A stretch of DNA of 64,000 nt from a virus (Duplodnaviria; Caudoviricetes), in the IMG/VR virus record IMGVR_UViG_3300005607_000001, positions 188-64,187 of that record; one strand, given 5' to 3'. Position 1 is the stretch's first letter. Each line of letters starts with the position of its first letter. Position numbers and translations under genes: made by a program. This document shows, piece by piece, positions 20,290 through 29,713 of the stretch. The notes beneath the pieces are model-generated. The model saw nothing but the letters and a program-made list of their open reading frames with translations, made no database searches and had not been told where the DNA came from.

Positions 20290-20706
20290 TTATAACTCTT
20301 CATCACGCTCAATCACTGATGCCAATTGCGCTTCGATCCAGGGTTTTTGCTGATCGATTAATGCCTGATAATAACTCGAATACTTAAAATACGGGTGTTT
20401 ATATACAAATGTAGTATATATCGGTTTACCTTCACTTGAAACAAAGAACATCACCCGGGCGTTTTTCACACCGAAACTATAATACCCCGATTTATTCCTA
20501 ACCTCGATAAACCCGACGATGTCGTTACCGTATTGTTCCACACCGGCGTTGATAAATGACTTATCGATATACATCCCCGGTTTGACTCGATCGGCTTGGG
20601 CTTGTATCGTTTCAAGAATCGCCCGCACCTTTGCCCTGATTTCACGCCGCAGGCGTCCGGGAAGTTTACGAAGATGAATGGTTTCTGTGACTTGAAATTG
20701 TATCAT
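20290..20706 (-). CDS. Hypothetical protein, possibly HK97 gp10-like tail completion protein
   Basis: Size; KNARVMFF..VYKHP segment; ATGA coupling to the frameshift ORF. Confidence 0.5.
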   Translation of the reverse strand: MIQFQVTETIHLRKLPGRLRREIRAKVRAILETIQAQADRVKPGMYIDKSFINAGVEQYGNDIVGFIEVRNKSGYYSFGVKNARVMFFVSSEGKPIYTTFVYKHPYFKYSSYYQALIDQQKPWIEAQLASVIERDEEL

Positions 20707-21262
20707 ATCTTCAACTTCCCGCCGCCTTTCAGCGATTCATACATCCGCCGGGTGTTTTCTAGGGCTTCCTTTTGTCGCAACTCGGGGGATTTGTAGCCTA
20801 AATATCCCGCCACCAACCAATTAACCGGCGGGTGGCGGGAATAGGCGCGCATCAACGCATTGTACCGTTTCATCGTATAATTCTTCGCGATTTTCTCAAA
20901 ATCCCCCGCGAAGATACCATTTGCCGCTAGGTCGGCGACGATGGATTCGATGTCCCAGTCCCATCCGCCGTCGCCGCTCCGGCGTTTCCCATTTCAAATC
21001 CCGAAATCTCCATCAATTGCAAAAACGTCGGACCGAGGTTGCGCATTTCCTGAACGGTACAGCGTTTTGCCAATTCATCGGGGTTTTTATCAAGCGCGCA
21101 GGCGATGATATTCACCACCTTGCGCGCGTAAGACGTCCAACTGATTTCCGGCCCCAAGGTTTTTAGATCATTTTCACAATTCTCCAAAACCCACAACGTG
21201 AGAGCCGGGACCGAGATTTCTTCACCGCCGATGATAAATGTGACGGAATTCTTGTCAGACAT
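20703..21262 (-). CDS. Tail assembly chaperone, long form via -1 frameshift
   Basis: G GGA AAC slippery site; -1 frame open (WDWDIESIVADL..HPPVNWLVAGYLG..) to a TGA overlapping the next ATG. Confidence 0.85.
20927..21262 (-). CDS. Tail assembly chaperone, short form
   Basis: Directly downstream of the major tail gene. Confidence 0.8.
   Translation of the reverse strand: MSDKNSVTFIIGGEEISVPALTLWVLENCENDLKTLGPEISWTSYARKVVNIIACALDKNPDELAKRCTVQEMRNLGPTFLQLMEISGFEMGNAGAATADGTGTSNPSSPT
20984..20990 (-). promoter_or_regulatory. Programmed -1 frameshift heptamer GGGAAAC
   Basis: X XXY YYZ pattern in the correct phase (ATG GGA AAC). Confidence 0.85.
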
Positions 21263-21287
21263 GAAAGTGTGATCCTTAAAATATCAA

Positions 21288-22055
21288 TTACTGCGCCACA
21301 GCGGCCAGACCGACCGACCAAAGCCCGACATTGCCCGCCGCGTTGGCAAACGCCGAGAAATCGAGGTCTTGAATCACATAATCATCAATCCTCGTCGGGA
21401 AAGTCAATCGGCTCGAAACGCACGAATACAGCTGCAGAACCGTTTGCGTGTTTTCGAACGGCTGATACAACGTCACCTGAAACCGCGGCGTAGTGCCCAT
21501 AAACGGATTCCCGATCGCAATATTCGCCATCGGGGAATTTTGGGTGTAGGTATAATTCACCAAAATCCCCTTGGAGGCGTCATAGGTCGAAAATGCATAA
21601 ACGCCCGTCGTGGGATTGAACGTATATTGCGCACTGCCCGGTGCGGAAGTGGTAAGGGTCAATTGCCCACCGTTCGATGCGTAAAACACGCCCATATCCT
21701 GCAACGGCGTCGAGGCGCTATTCGCCACGGTGTAAGTCGGCGCACCGGTGCTAAGGGTCGTAGATTCGTTATACGCAAAATTCTGCGACCCCGTATAACT
21801 CACCGTCTGACCGAAAAAGATCGAATTATACATTTCGGCCGAAATCTGCGCGACTTTGGCCTTGCCGGTGATTTTCACCTTACCACGCGCCGAGTCGATC
21901 GGAAACTGTTGTGTGGACCACAACATTTTAATCTCCCCGTCGAAATCAACGGTGACGTCTTGCAATGCCCCGAAACGGGTCGGGGTTTGATTCGGAATAT
22001 CATTTCTCACCGCGGTCAACAGACCGCTGCCAAAACCGAACTCCATGATTTTCAC
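21288..22055 (-). CDS. Major tail (tube) protein
   Basis: FGFGSG, FGALQDVTVDF, ARGKVKITGKA; between terminator protein and chaperone; AAGGAG SD. Confidence 0.8.
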   Translation of the reverse strand: MKIMEFGFGSGLLTAVRNDIPNQTPTRFGALQDVTVDFDGEIKMLWSTQQFPIDSARGKVKITGKAKVAQISAEMYNSIFFGQTVSYTGSQNFAYNESTTLSTGAPTYTVANSASTPLQDMGVFYASNGGQLTLTTSAPGSAQYTFNPTTGVYAFSTYDASKGILVNYTYTQNSPMANIAIGNPFMGTTPRFQVTLYQPFENTQTVLQLYSCVSSRLTFPTRIDDYVIQDLDFSAFANAAGNVGLWSVGLAAVAQ

Positions 22056-22060
22056 TCCTT

Positions 22061-22531
22061 TTAAGGCAACAAAATTCTAACCGGTAACACCAACAACGCA
22101 ATGCCGTCGATGTCACCGGGGTCACGAATAAACACCCCGTCTTGCCGGGTGATTCTCACCCAATATGCAAGACCATTCAACGTCAACTCTTGTCTCGCCT
22201 GATCATCCGGTGCCAAGGCGGTTTCCAACGCGCTTTCAAAGATGTCTAAATAATCATCCCCAATTACATCATCCGCACCGGTTGACGCGTAACACCAAAA
22301 ACCCATGTCCAAATATCTACGCGTCAATCGGCCAACGCCTTTTGTTTCATATCCTTCTCGATGCTGAACCAAAAACATCGCCGGCATTTGCGATGAATCG
22401 ATTTGATTAAACATTTTCAAACGCCGGCTTGTATAAACCCACGTCGTGGAGTTGTTAACCGGCGCAGAAAACGTCGCCTGTTGACCCAAAGCAAACAGGG
22501 CGTTTTTTATCGCTTGTCTATTAACACTCAC
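22061..22531 (-). CDS. Tail terminator protein
   Basis: SRRLK..PAMF, ALAPD..TLNGL; position upstream of tail tube. Confidence 0.7.
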   Translation of the reverse strand: MSVNRQAIKNALFALGQQATFSAPVNNSTTWVYTSRRLKMFNQIDSSQMPAMFLVQHREGYETKGVGRLTRRYLDMGFWCYASTGADDVIGDDYLDIFESALETALAPDDQARQELTLNGLAYWVRITRQDGVFIRDPGDIDGIALLVLPVRILLP

Positions 22532-22893
22532 GACGCGAAATTCCTATCCAATGTTACGTAATGAATTTCAACCACATCCAATTCCTGCAAGATTTCTAAC
22601 ACCACCTGCGGATCGAATTCCTTGCACGAATATAGATCAAATTGTGCGTATGGTTTCGTGGCGCGATCCCAGATATGAATCGATACGTGGCTTGTGGTTA
22701 AAAGCGCAATGCCCGTGATACCCTCATTCCCCGCGTCGTAACACGTTGCAACATGCGGGCCGGATAGCACATTCATGTCGATCTCTTCGACCAAATGTTC
22801 CAACCATGCACGTATTCGGTTCTCAGTAAACCGCGTAGGTTTCTGAAGCAAAATCGAGCAAACCATGTGAATATGATTTGGAACAAAGGTCAT
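22528..22893 (-). CDS. speD: S-adenosylmethionine decarboxylase family proenzyme
   Basis: GITGIALLT-TSH-VSIHIW autocleavage region and DLYSCKEF. Confidence 0.85.
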   Translation of the reverse strand: MTFVPNHIHMVCSILLQKPTRFTENRIRAWLEHLVEEIDMNVLSGPHVATCYDAGNEGITGIALLTTSHVSIHIWDRATKPYAQFDLYSCKEFDPQVVLEILQELDVVEIHYVTLDRNFAS

Positions 22894-22906
22894 CGAAGGT
22901 CAACCT

Positions 22907-23335
22907 CTAAAAATAATTATCCGCATTCACCTCAATCCGCTGTTCACCAATGTGAACAACAAACCGGGCGCCTTTGGATAATTTGTCTAACATCCAACTT
23001 CTAACTGGTTCAGTGCGCCATGCGTTCGGGTGTTTTTCATCGCAATGGGCGTTTAACAACAACGGGTCCTCAGTGTCCTGAGGACCGAATACCACATGAC
23101 ATTGATCCGGGCGTAGAAATCTCGGCAATGCCTGTTCGCCCTCGATGATTTGCGAAACCAACCACACACAATGGAAACTTTTACACGCCCCCAAGGTCGG
23201 ATCGGAATCTTTCAAATGATGCACTCGGCAACCACCATGAATGGTTGTATTCCAACAACGCATCCTTGGCGGTTTACCGATATCCGGTACGCCCAGTAAC
23301 ACACAACACAAATTACACGCGCCGCAATCACGCAT
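22907..23335 (-). CDS. YkgJ-like CxxCxxCC metal-cluster protein
   Basis: CGACNLCC, GCRVH, CKSFHCVWL, RPD. Confidence 0.75.
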   Translation of the reverse strand: MRDCGACNLCCVLLGVPDIGKPPRMRCWNTTIHGGCRVHHLKDSDPTLGACKSFHCVWLVSQIIEGEQALPRFLRPDQCHVVFGPQDTEDPLLLNAHCDEKHPNAWRTEPVRSWMLDKLSKGARFVVHIGEQRIEVNADNYF

Positions 23336-23627
23336 TGGTGATTTCGTGATTCGGTAAAATCACGCCGCCTTTCGTTGTGTGTTTAAGGTCCACATGCTTC
23401 CGGGTCATCGGGGCAAAGGACGCGACGAGGTCTTTGATTAATTCTTCCCTCGCCCCCGCGGGTTCAACTTGCGCCACTACAGAGCACAAATGATTCAACA
23501 ACATCCCCAACACCTTATGAACCGGCACGCCCATGCGCAGGCATTCCAATTCATACGCCGCGAGGGCATTGCCGAACGGTTTAAGCAACAGGTCCGAAAT
23601 CGCAGGAATGGAAACATTCTCGGTCAT
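23328..23627 (-). CDS. Hypothetical protein
   Basis: Tightly packed in operon. Confidence 0.65.
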   Translation of the reverse strand: MTENVSIPAISDLLLKPFGNALAAYELECLRMGVPVHKVLGMLLNHLCSVVAQVEPAGAREELIKDLVASFAPMTRKHVDLKHTTKGGVILPNHEITNA

Positions 23628-23629
23628 TG

Positions 23630-23995
23630 TTACATTTTTCCTTTGCCGGGCATCGAGGGAACGAGGCGCACGATGTCATTTTCGTCGATATATGACCCGA
23701 TTTGAACCTCCACCACCTCGGCATCGATCCAGCCGGGGTTATGGGCGGAATGATACGCGCCCAATGGAATATCAATCCACTCGCCCTCGGTTAGTGTATG
23801 ATCTTCATCATTAACCGTCACAATCAACGTACCACTGACAATAACCCACAATTCCTGCCGGTGATAGTGCATTTGATAAGACATCGTCGCACCGGGGGAA
23901 ATGATCAACGTCTTCACTCTCGCCCGTTCAAAGTCCTCCAAAACCTCATATCTGCCCCATACCTTTTCCACAATCTCACCGCCCATGGTTTTCAC
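23630..23995 (-). CDS. Cupin protein, type II mannose-6-phosphate isomerase C-terminal domain-like
   Basis: KVWGRY, VKTLIISPG..SYQMHYHRQELW, EVQIGSYIDENDIVR; true start probably 23986. Confidence 0.85.
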   Translation of the reverse strand: MKTMGGEIVEKVWGRYEVLEDFERARVKTLIISPGATMSYQMHYHRQELWVIVSGTLIVTVNDEDHTLTEGEWIDIPLGAYHSAHNPGWIDAEVVEVQIGSYIDENDIVRLVPSMPGKGKM

Positions 23996-23998
23996 TCC

Positions 23999-24868
23999 TT
24001 ACACATCCGCACCAATTGCCGGCGGGATGACGTTGACGTATGGTTGCAACATGTATTTTGCATACAACGGGATACCGGTCGAGAGATCGAATTGCATCGT
24101 TTCTTGGCCCGCGAGACCTTGACCTCGCACCGCAACGCGCTTGCGATACGTCGCTCGTTCGGCGATCATTTCCAAACACACTTGTTCTAAATCACTCGGG
24201 ATGTAACCGTAATTGATCAATAACCCTTGTGAGATGTCAGAGGGATTGAAGATGTAAACGTTCGTGGGCTGTGCGGCATCGGGTGCCGGCGGGGTGTAAA
24301 ACCCCGGTGACGGATTCGGGTTATTCACCGCGACCAATTGAACACCGGACGATTTATAAAACACCCCATTATCACTTGCCCAGATGCCATAAGGTGCCAA
24401 CGGCTGCCACGTAGGGGTCAATGGCACCTCATTTGTCACCCCGTAACCGAACGTGTAATTCAAAACCACATTCTGATTACCCTGCACAAACCATGCATTG
24501 ATTAATTCCAAATCATATGCCTCACCAGGCGGAATGCCGTTCCACGGAACAATGCGGTAACCATAAACCGGCGCGTTGATATTCGGCGTATTGTTGTTAA
24601 TCTGCGGTGCAACTGGAATGTTAATGCCGGAGATGATCAATGAATTTACTTTAATAATCGGCCACCCCGCTGGGACCAATTGCTGCGTGCCTTGGCCGTT
24701 GTAATATTCTGTCACTGTACGCGGAATGATTAAACCGCGGTTCAAATACCCGAGAATAAACCGCGAAATCCGAGTGATCAATGGGCCTAAAACCGCATCA
24801 CTCGGTGGGGAATCGAGATATGCCTTGGCAGTTGCCAAAACAGTTAAATCACCACCTAACAGTGACAT
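23999..24868 (-). CDS. Head-tail adaptor (gp6-like) with insertion
   Basis: LATAKAYL, YGYIPSDLEQVCLEM, MLQPY; position after capsid. Confidence 0.7.
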   Translation of the reverse strand: MSLLGGDLTVLATAKAYLDSPPSDAVLGPLITRISRFILGYLNRGLIIPRTVTEYYNGQGTQQLVPAGWPIIKVNSLIISGINIPVAPQINNNTPNINAPVYGYRIVPWNGIPPGEAYDLELINAWFVQGNQNVVLNYTFGYGVTNEVPLTPTWQPLAPYGIWASDNGVFYKSSGVQLVAVNNPNPSPGFYTPPAPDAAQPTNVYIFNPSDISQGLLINYGYIPSDLEQVCLEMIAERATYRKRVAVRGQGLAGQETMQFDLSTGIPLYAKYMLQPYVNVIPPAIGADV

Positions 24869-25291
24869 CTAATCCCCCTTCTTTTCGTCGTCATCATCCT
24901 CTTTTATTCCGTCGCGTAGGTTGTTGTATTTAGTCTGTGCTTCGTGCAAGCGCAGAACCAACGAATCACACTTGGCCGCCATTTCCTCCAATCGAGCGCG
25001 GAGTTCTTGATTTTCACTCAAAAGTGCATCGTTTCTCGCCGCCAATTGTGAAATGGCATTGTCCTTTTCGGGTGTTTCCTTTGGCAAATCCTCCGGTGCA
25101 CCTTCACCTGGTACGGCGACCTTGAACCCGGGAATATCCAGGATCAAAGGCGCGAAATGATCCGGTGCACGGAAATAATGCGCTTCGTATTCATTCCCAT
25201 CCTTATCAACCGCCATGCCGAGGAATTCCGTGCGGAACTCCTGCAACTGAATGGAAATAAAATCCAGACCGCGCGGAAATTCAAACCACAT
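24869..25291 (-). CDS. Hypothetical protein with coiled coil
   Basis: AAGGA SD before ATG 25291. Confidence 0.65.
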   Translation of the reverse strand: MWFEFPRGLDFISIQLQEFRTEFLGMAVDKDGNEYEAHYFRAPDHFAPLILDIPGFKVAVPGEGAPEDLPKETPEKDNAISQLAARNDALLSENQELRARLEEMAAKCDSLVLRLHEAQTKYNNLRDGIKEDDDDEKKGD

Positions 25292-25313
25292 TGTAAAGTG
25301 ATCCTTTAATGGA

Positions 25314-25346
25314 TAAGTGACGCGTGAAATTATCACGCGTCACTTA
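25314..25346. other. Perfect 14 bp hairpin after the major capsid gene (mRNA stabiliser or terminator)
   Basis: TAAGTGACGCGTGA-N5-TCACGCGTCACTTA; no U-tract. Confidence 0.7.
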
Positions 25347-25368
25347 ACGAGGGTTGGAACGTTGAACC

Positions 25369-27006
25369 TTAAAACGTCATCGTTCCGGTGGACGGGTTCT
25401 TGTTCGTGATCAGGGCAAACGCCGGCGAGAAATACAGCGAGAATACCTCATCGACATACACGCCATATTCATAACGCCGCGATTTCCACGGCCACTGAAC
25501 CTGATAATAATCCTGCCGAACCCGTGCCTCCAACAAATTCGCCACGCTGGAAAGTTCATAGGGCGACCGATCCGACCAGAACATAATCGTTCCAGGCGGC
25601 AAATACGGGTGCACTTCAACGTCAAGCGTGTTGTTAAAGAACTTGTTCAGATACGACGTGACCTTTCGACCCGCAACAATGCGCCCGGTTTCCTGATCGG
25701 CGTCAAAGAAAATCCGATACAGGTTCGCCGCCGAACTTTCGGTCAACATCGCGCCGAAAGTATCAAGCATATCCGCGGCCGAGATCAGAATGCGATCGTA
25801 GCCCAATTTATACTGATCATAAGCCGCGCGAAGAACCTGGTCGAACTCGAGGATATTAGTCCCCGAAAGGGTCAAACCGCTATTGCCGGTGGGGCAGTTG
25901 TAAATGATAGACCCGCCTTGAGACAACGACACGCCCGACGGGAGAATCGGATTCGTCGCCATCGCTTGACCCGGCGACGGACCAAGGATCGCCCCAAAGA
26001 TTTGCGGCAAAATCCCATCCGGCAACAGGACGTTGGTGCTGTTATCTTGCGGGTTGCCATTCACATACAGCGACGACAGCGGCTGATTGGTACTCGCGGG
26101 GATTTTAGTGAAGATCGCTGCATTCGACGGGGTGATACCGGCCAAATACATGTTGCTAGCAGCACCCGACGAGCCTACAAACCAAGCGTAGGCCATTGCA
26201 CCCGGAACAATCGACACATTCGCCGAAATGACCTGAGTAGTACCGCTCGGGGTCGCGGAGGCAATAGCACTCGGCGCAGCAGAACCGCCACCGAATACAT
26301 CCGAACTTCCATCCGCATTGATCTTCGTCACCTGACCTTGAATACCGCCCAAACCGGTCGCAGAATTATACGCAGTATAATTCACAAATCCCAAACCGGT
26401 CATCGCGACACAAGCGACATAAACCGCTGAACCAGTAAACGACGAACTTCCACTCGGAGTCGTAAGCGTCGGAGTGGGAGTTGTGCCCAGCGGCATCGAA
26501 GCATTGGCATTAATCAGGATTTGTTCTTCCTGAATCATCAAGCTCCGCAACGCGGATTGAATACTAATGCCCAACACTTCCGGCGACAGATTCCGGGACC
26601 CCAATCGGGCCTCGAACGTGACGGACGATTCCAGACCGAGGGTTTTGTACGCCGCGGTCATATCCTGTTCGGTGATCGCAATGCGCGCACCACGATTACC
26701 TTCCGAGACACCCGCCGAAACGTTGTTCGGATTGATGTTCACAATCCGCTTCCAGTGATACGCATTACCACCATCGGCCTGAACTCGCGGGAGTTTGGAA
26801 ATCCTCGGAATCAATTCCCGATACGGGTAAAGCATCTGAACGACGGGTTTGAGATCGTACCAAAGCAGATTCGTACCCTGTTGGATCGTATCCGCCTTGG
26901 TCAAACCCTTAGCTTCGAGATATTTGTTAAACTTTTCATTGGCCATCAAGGCTTGCAGGAATTCATTCCCGATGCCATTCGGGCCGGTAAACGGAACCGT
27001 AACCAT
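25369..27006 (-). CDS. Major capsid protein with Ser/Thr-rich insertion
   Basis: Follows protease; WYDL..LYP..PRV, GVSEGNRG, VHPYLPPGTI, YEYGVYVDE. Confidence 0.85.
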   Translation of the reverse strand: MVTVPFTGPNGIGNEFLQALMANEKFNKYLEAKGLTKADTIQQGTNLLWYDLKPVVQMLYPYRELIPRISKLPRVQADGGNAYHWKRIVNINPNNVSAGVSEGNRGARIAITEQDMTAAYKTLGLESSVTFEARLGSRNLSPEVLGISIQSALRSLMIQEEQILINANASMPLGTTPTPTLTTPSGSSSFTGSAVYVACVAMTGLGFVNYTAYNSATGLGGIQGQVTKINADGSSDVFGGGSAAPSAIASATPSGTTQVISANVSIVPGAMAYAWFVGSSGAASNMYLAGITPSNAAIFTKIPASTNQPLSSLYVNGNPQDNSTNVLLPDGILPQIFGAILGPSPGQAMATNPILPSGVSLSQGGSIIYNCPTGNSGLTLSGTNILEFDQVLRAAYDQYKLGYDRILISAADMLDTFGAMLTESSAANLYRIFFDADQETGRIVAGRKVTSYLNKFFNNTLDVEVHPYLPPGTIMFWSDRSPYELSSVANLLEARVRQDYYQVQWPWKSRRYEYGVYVDEVFSLYFSPAFALITNKNPSTGTMTF

Positions 27007-27040
27007 GTTATAATCCTCTCACATTTAACGCATTGTTAGA

Positions 27041-28885
27041 TTAATTCATGCCCGCCGTGCCGTGAAAATCGGCATCGAAGACACTTTTACCCATACCGTT
27101 TAGAATCATATTCCCAATGACCTTGCCGACGGCTTGTTTACGCACTTCTTCTTCACCCGACGCCAATGCGGCCGGATCGACGCCGTTAAACAACGCATTG
27201 GCCTGAGTTTTATCCTTGACGCCCAATTTAGTCACGTCGAAGGCATAAGGCCGCTGACGATTAACGCCCGGAAGCGGCAGGGCTTCCAATGCTTCAGCCT
27301 TGCCTTCAGCCCGCGCCGCACGTTCAATGAGTTCAACCATTTCCGGCGTGATCTTTTTTGCCATCTTCGGATACGGGGTTTCCATGTTATAGGTCACCGG
27401 CTCCGAACCTTTACCGGGACCGCCCGGGCTGGCGGTTGCAAGATCAGCGGGGGACAATTCCTTAACACCCGCCGGAACTTCATAACAACCCGCTTCCGGA
27501 TCGGTTACTTCCTGCCCTTTCTGCCCAGCGCGCGGCGCGGCCTTTTTCAAGTGCATCGACGCGGCCTTAGAAAACGTCCGGGCTTTAGTCAAATGCTGAT
27601 GCGCCTCAGAGACCTTTTCCATAACCTTTTCCAGATCCATATCCGGATCATTCGCGTTCTTCTGCGCATTCGCCCGCTTAGCGAGATACGCACTCTTGCA
27701 CATCGCATGCGCGGCCTTCATGCACTTATCGGCATTCTTTTGCGCCATGCGGGCTTTTTTCATATTTTCGCGTGCCATGTGAAACCGCTGCGCCCGCGAA
27801 GGATTCTTCGCGGCCTTAACCAGGTTCATAATCACGCTGTCGAGATTGTCAGTAGTCATAGCAAATCCTTTTTCAAAATAATCCTCATCACTCACCTTTT
27901 TTGTGAGTGCTTTGGCACGTTTGGTGATTTCCTTATCACTGATCGTTTTAAGCTCGGGGATGGTAACGGGCGCGGGGACCTTAACCCGTTCCATTTCCGC
28001 CGCTTTGATCAACGACAAGGCGTATTTTTTAGTATATGACTCAGGAAGCTTAATTCCCAATTCCTTCGCTCGGCGGCGAATAAATCGCTTGGCCTTTTCC
28101 GGGTTTTTTGCATGCCCGACAAGGCGTTCGGCGTTGACCAAATCCTCTTTGTTTTCAATCGGAAAACTGCCATCCGGCAGGGCTTTGCCTTCAGACGCCA
28201 GTTCCTTGCGCTTTTGTTCCTTAAATTTCCGCTTTGCGAGCTTTTTCGCGCATTTCGGGCAACCAGCCATACCGTGTTTCTTGCACAACGGCTGATTATC
28301 CATTTTCACGGGTTTCACCGGAGCGGGTTCGAGGTCAGTTTTATTTTCAGCTTTGGACAAAACCTCGACGGCTTTTGCCAAGTGATTAATCACTTTAACC
28401 TCCGGCCGCTTAGGCGTTTTGGCTTTCACCAAATACGCCCCCTCGCTCGCGGTTTTAGCGCTTTTCGACACCGAAATCCTACAATCGGGATTCGATGGGC
28501 GATCGACAACGGAGATTTCGACCAATTCAATCTCGGTGATTACATCACCGCTTTTCGCCAATTTGCGTCCGCCGATTGAAAAGCCTTTATACACCTCATC
28601 GAGACATTTCTGCACCGCAATGGGGTCGATGATTTTCGCGGTGAGAAATAAACCCTTATCATCGACATTCGCCTCTTTCGCGACACCGACTGCGCTAGCG
28701 GTGTGCATCTCGCGAATGTTTCGCCATTCCCAATATCCCGGCAATGCCGCCTTGACGGCATCGAGGGAAACAATTTCGCCGTCTAAATCTCTGGTCGGCG
28801 TTGAAGCGTAACCGCTGACTGTGCAAGAACCATCTTTGTGCTTTTCCACCTTGGTCAGCGGTAGAAATAAATTGAAATCATTCAT
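27041..28885 (-). CDS. HK97-type prohead protease fused to Lys/Ala-rich scaffold-like region
   Basis: VSGYAST, IREMH, YKGFSIGG, EISVVDRPSNP; internal LPDGSFPI domain. Confidence 0.88.
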   Translation of the reverse strand: MNDFNLFLPLTKVEKHKDGSCTVSGYASTPTRDLDGEIVSLDAVKAALPGYWEWRNIREMHTASAVGVAKEANVDDKGLFLTAKIIDPIAVQKCLDEVYKGFSIGGRKLAKSGDVITEIELVEISVVDRPSNPDCRISVSKSAKTASEGAYLVKAKTPKRPEVKVINHLAKAVEVLSKAENKTDLEPAPVKPVKMDNQPLCKKHGMAGCPKCAKKLAKRKFKEQKRKELASEGKALPDGSFPIENKEDLVNAERLVGHAKNPEKAKRFIRRRAKELGIKLPESYTKKYALSLIKAAEMERVKVPAPVTIPELKTISDKEITKRAKALTKKVSDEDYFEKGFAMTTDNLDSVIMNLVKAAKNPSRAQRFHMARENMKKARMAQKNADKCMKAAHAMCKSAYLAKRANAQKNANDPDMDLEKVMEKVSEAHQHLTKARTFSKAASMHLKKAAPRAGQKGQEVTDPEAGCYEVPAGVKELSPADLATASPGGPGKGSEPVTYNMETPYPKMAKKITPEMVELIERAARAEGKAEALEALPLPGVNRQRPYAFDVTKLGVKDKTQANALFNGVDPAALASGEEEVRKQAVGKVIGNMILNGMGKSVFDADFHGTAGMN

Positions 28886-28895
28886 AATCCAATCC

Positions 28896-29378
28896 TTAAT
28901 CCGGAATATCAATACCCGTCAAACCCCAATTGGTATTCCATTGCGATTCGGTCGCGGCCCCGGAATAGGTATTGAACCATTGCTTATAATATCTCCACAA
29001 ACCCGACCGCGTATTAGGCGGCAATGAGTAAGGAACGTTCCAGTACCACACTCGGCACAACATTGCAGCGAGACAAAGATTTGTCACCAATTCCCCCGCA
29101 TTGGTCGCGTCGTTGTTGATTGACCACGAATTGATGAAATTCCGCTGTTGATCAGTGAGTTTCGCGAGCTGCATGGGGATTAGACTCGGCGTGAGCATGA
29201 ACGGGCTCACACCCGGGCCACTCTGTTGAACGAGATACGTACCAAGCAATGATTCCTGAGCCGCAGTGCCCATAAGCAAATTATGCGCCGTAGTGGAATA
29301 TGGAATACCAACCTTATTCAATTCCAACAGTGCGTTTTGAACTACGTACTGCGAGAAATCTGCGGCGAGGATGCTCAC
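28896..29378 (-). CDS. Putative endolysin (lysozyme-like fold)
   Basis: LLMGTAAQES with candidate catalytic Glu; YYKQWFNT..G; next to lipoprotein and holin-like genes. Confidence 0.65.
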   Translation of the reverse strand: MSILAADFSQYVVQNALLELNKVGIPYSTTAHNLLMGTAAQESLLGTYLVQQSGPGVSPFMLTPSLIPMQLAKLTDQQRNFINSWSINNDATNAGELVTNLCLAAMLCRVWYWNVPYSLPPNTRSGLWRYYKQWFNTYSGAATESQWNTNWGLTGIDIPD

Positions 29379-29713
29379 GGGATAAGTCCCGCAAACGGGC
29401 CGGCGAGACCATGGGCGACATTGTTCAATAGATCAACCGCCAGCGGGGCGCATTGGGTTTTGATCACATTTTCCACACTGCGAACGGTTTCGATCTTCAT
29501 CGCAATTCCGGTCGGGCCGCTGACGTTCACCGACGCGAGTTTATTCAATCCCGTGAAACATTGCACCCCCGCGGTATCGCCTGCGGCATTGGCAACCGCG
29601 ACCGCGGCGGCCGTATCACTCGCCGTAAGTTGCATCAGCGGATTCGTACCCGAGCATGATGTAAGACACAAAATCCCCACCGCTGAAAGACAGATTTGCA
29701 ATCCTTTAATCAT
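29375..29713 (-). CDS. Lipoprotein, spanin-like
   Basis: Signal peptide with LTSC lipobox. Confidence 0.6.
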   Translation of the reverse strand: MIKGLQICLSAVGILCLTSCSGTNPLMQLTASDTAAAVAVANAAGDTAGVQCFTGLNKLASVNVSGPTGIAMKIETVRSVENVIKTQCAPLAVDLLNNVAHGLAGPFAGLIP

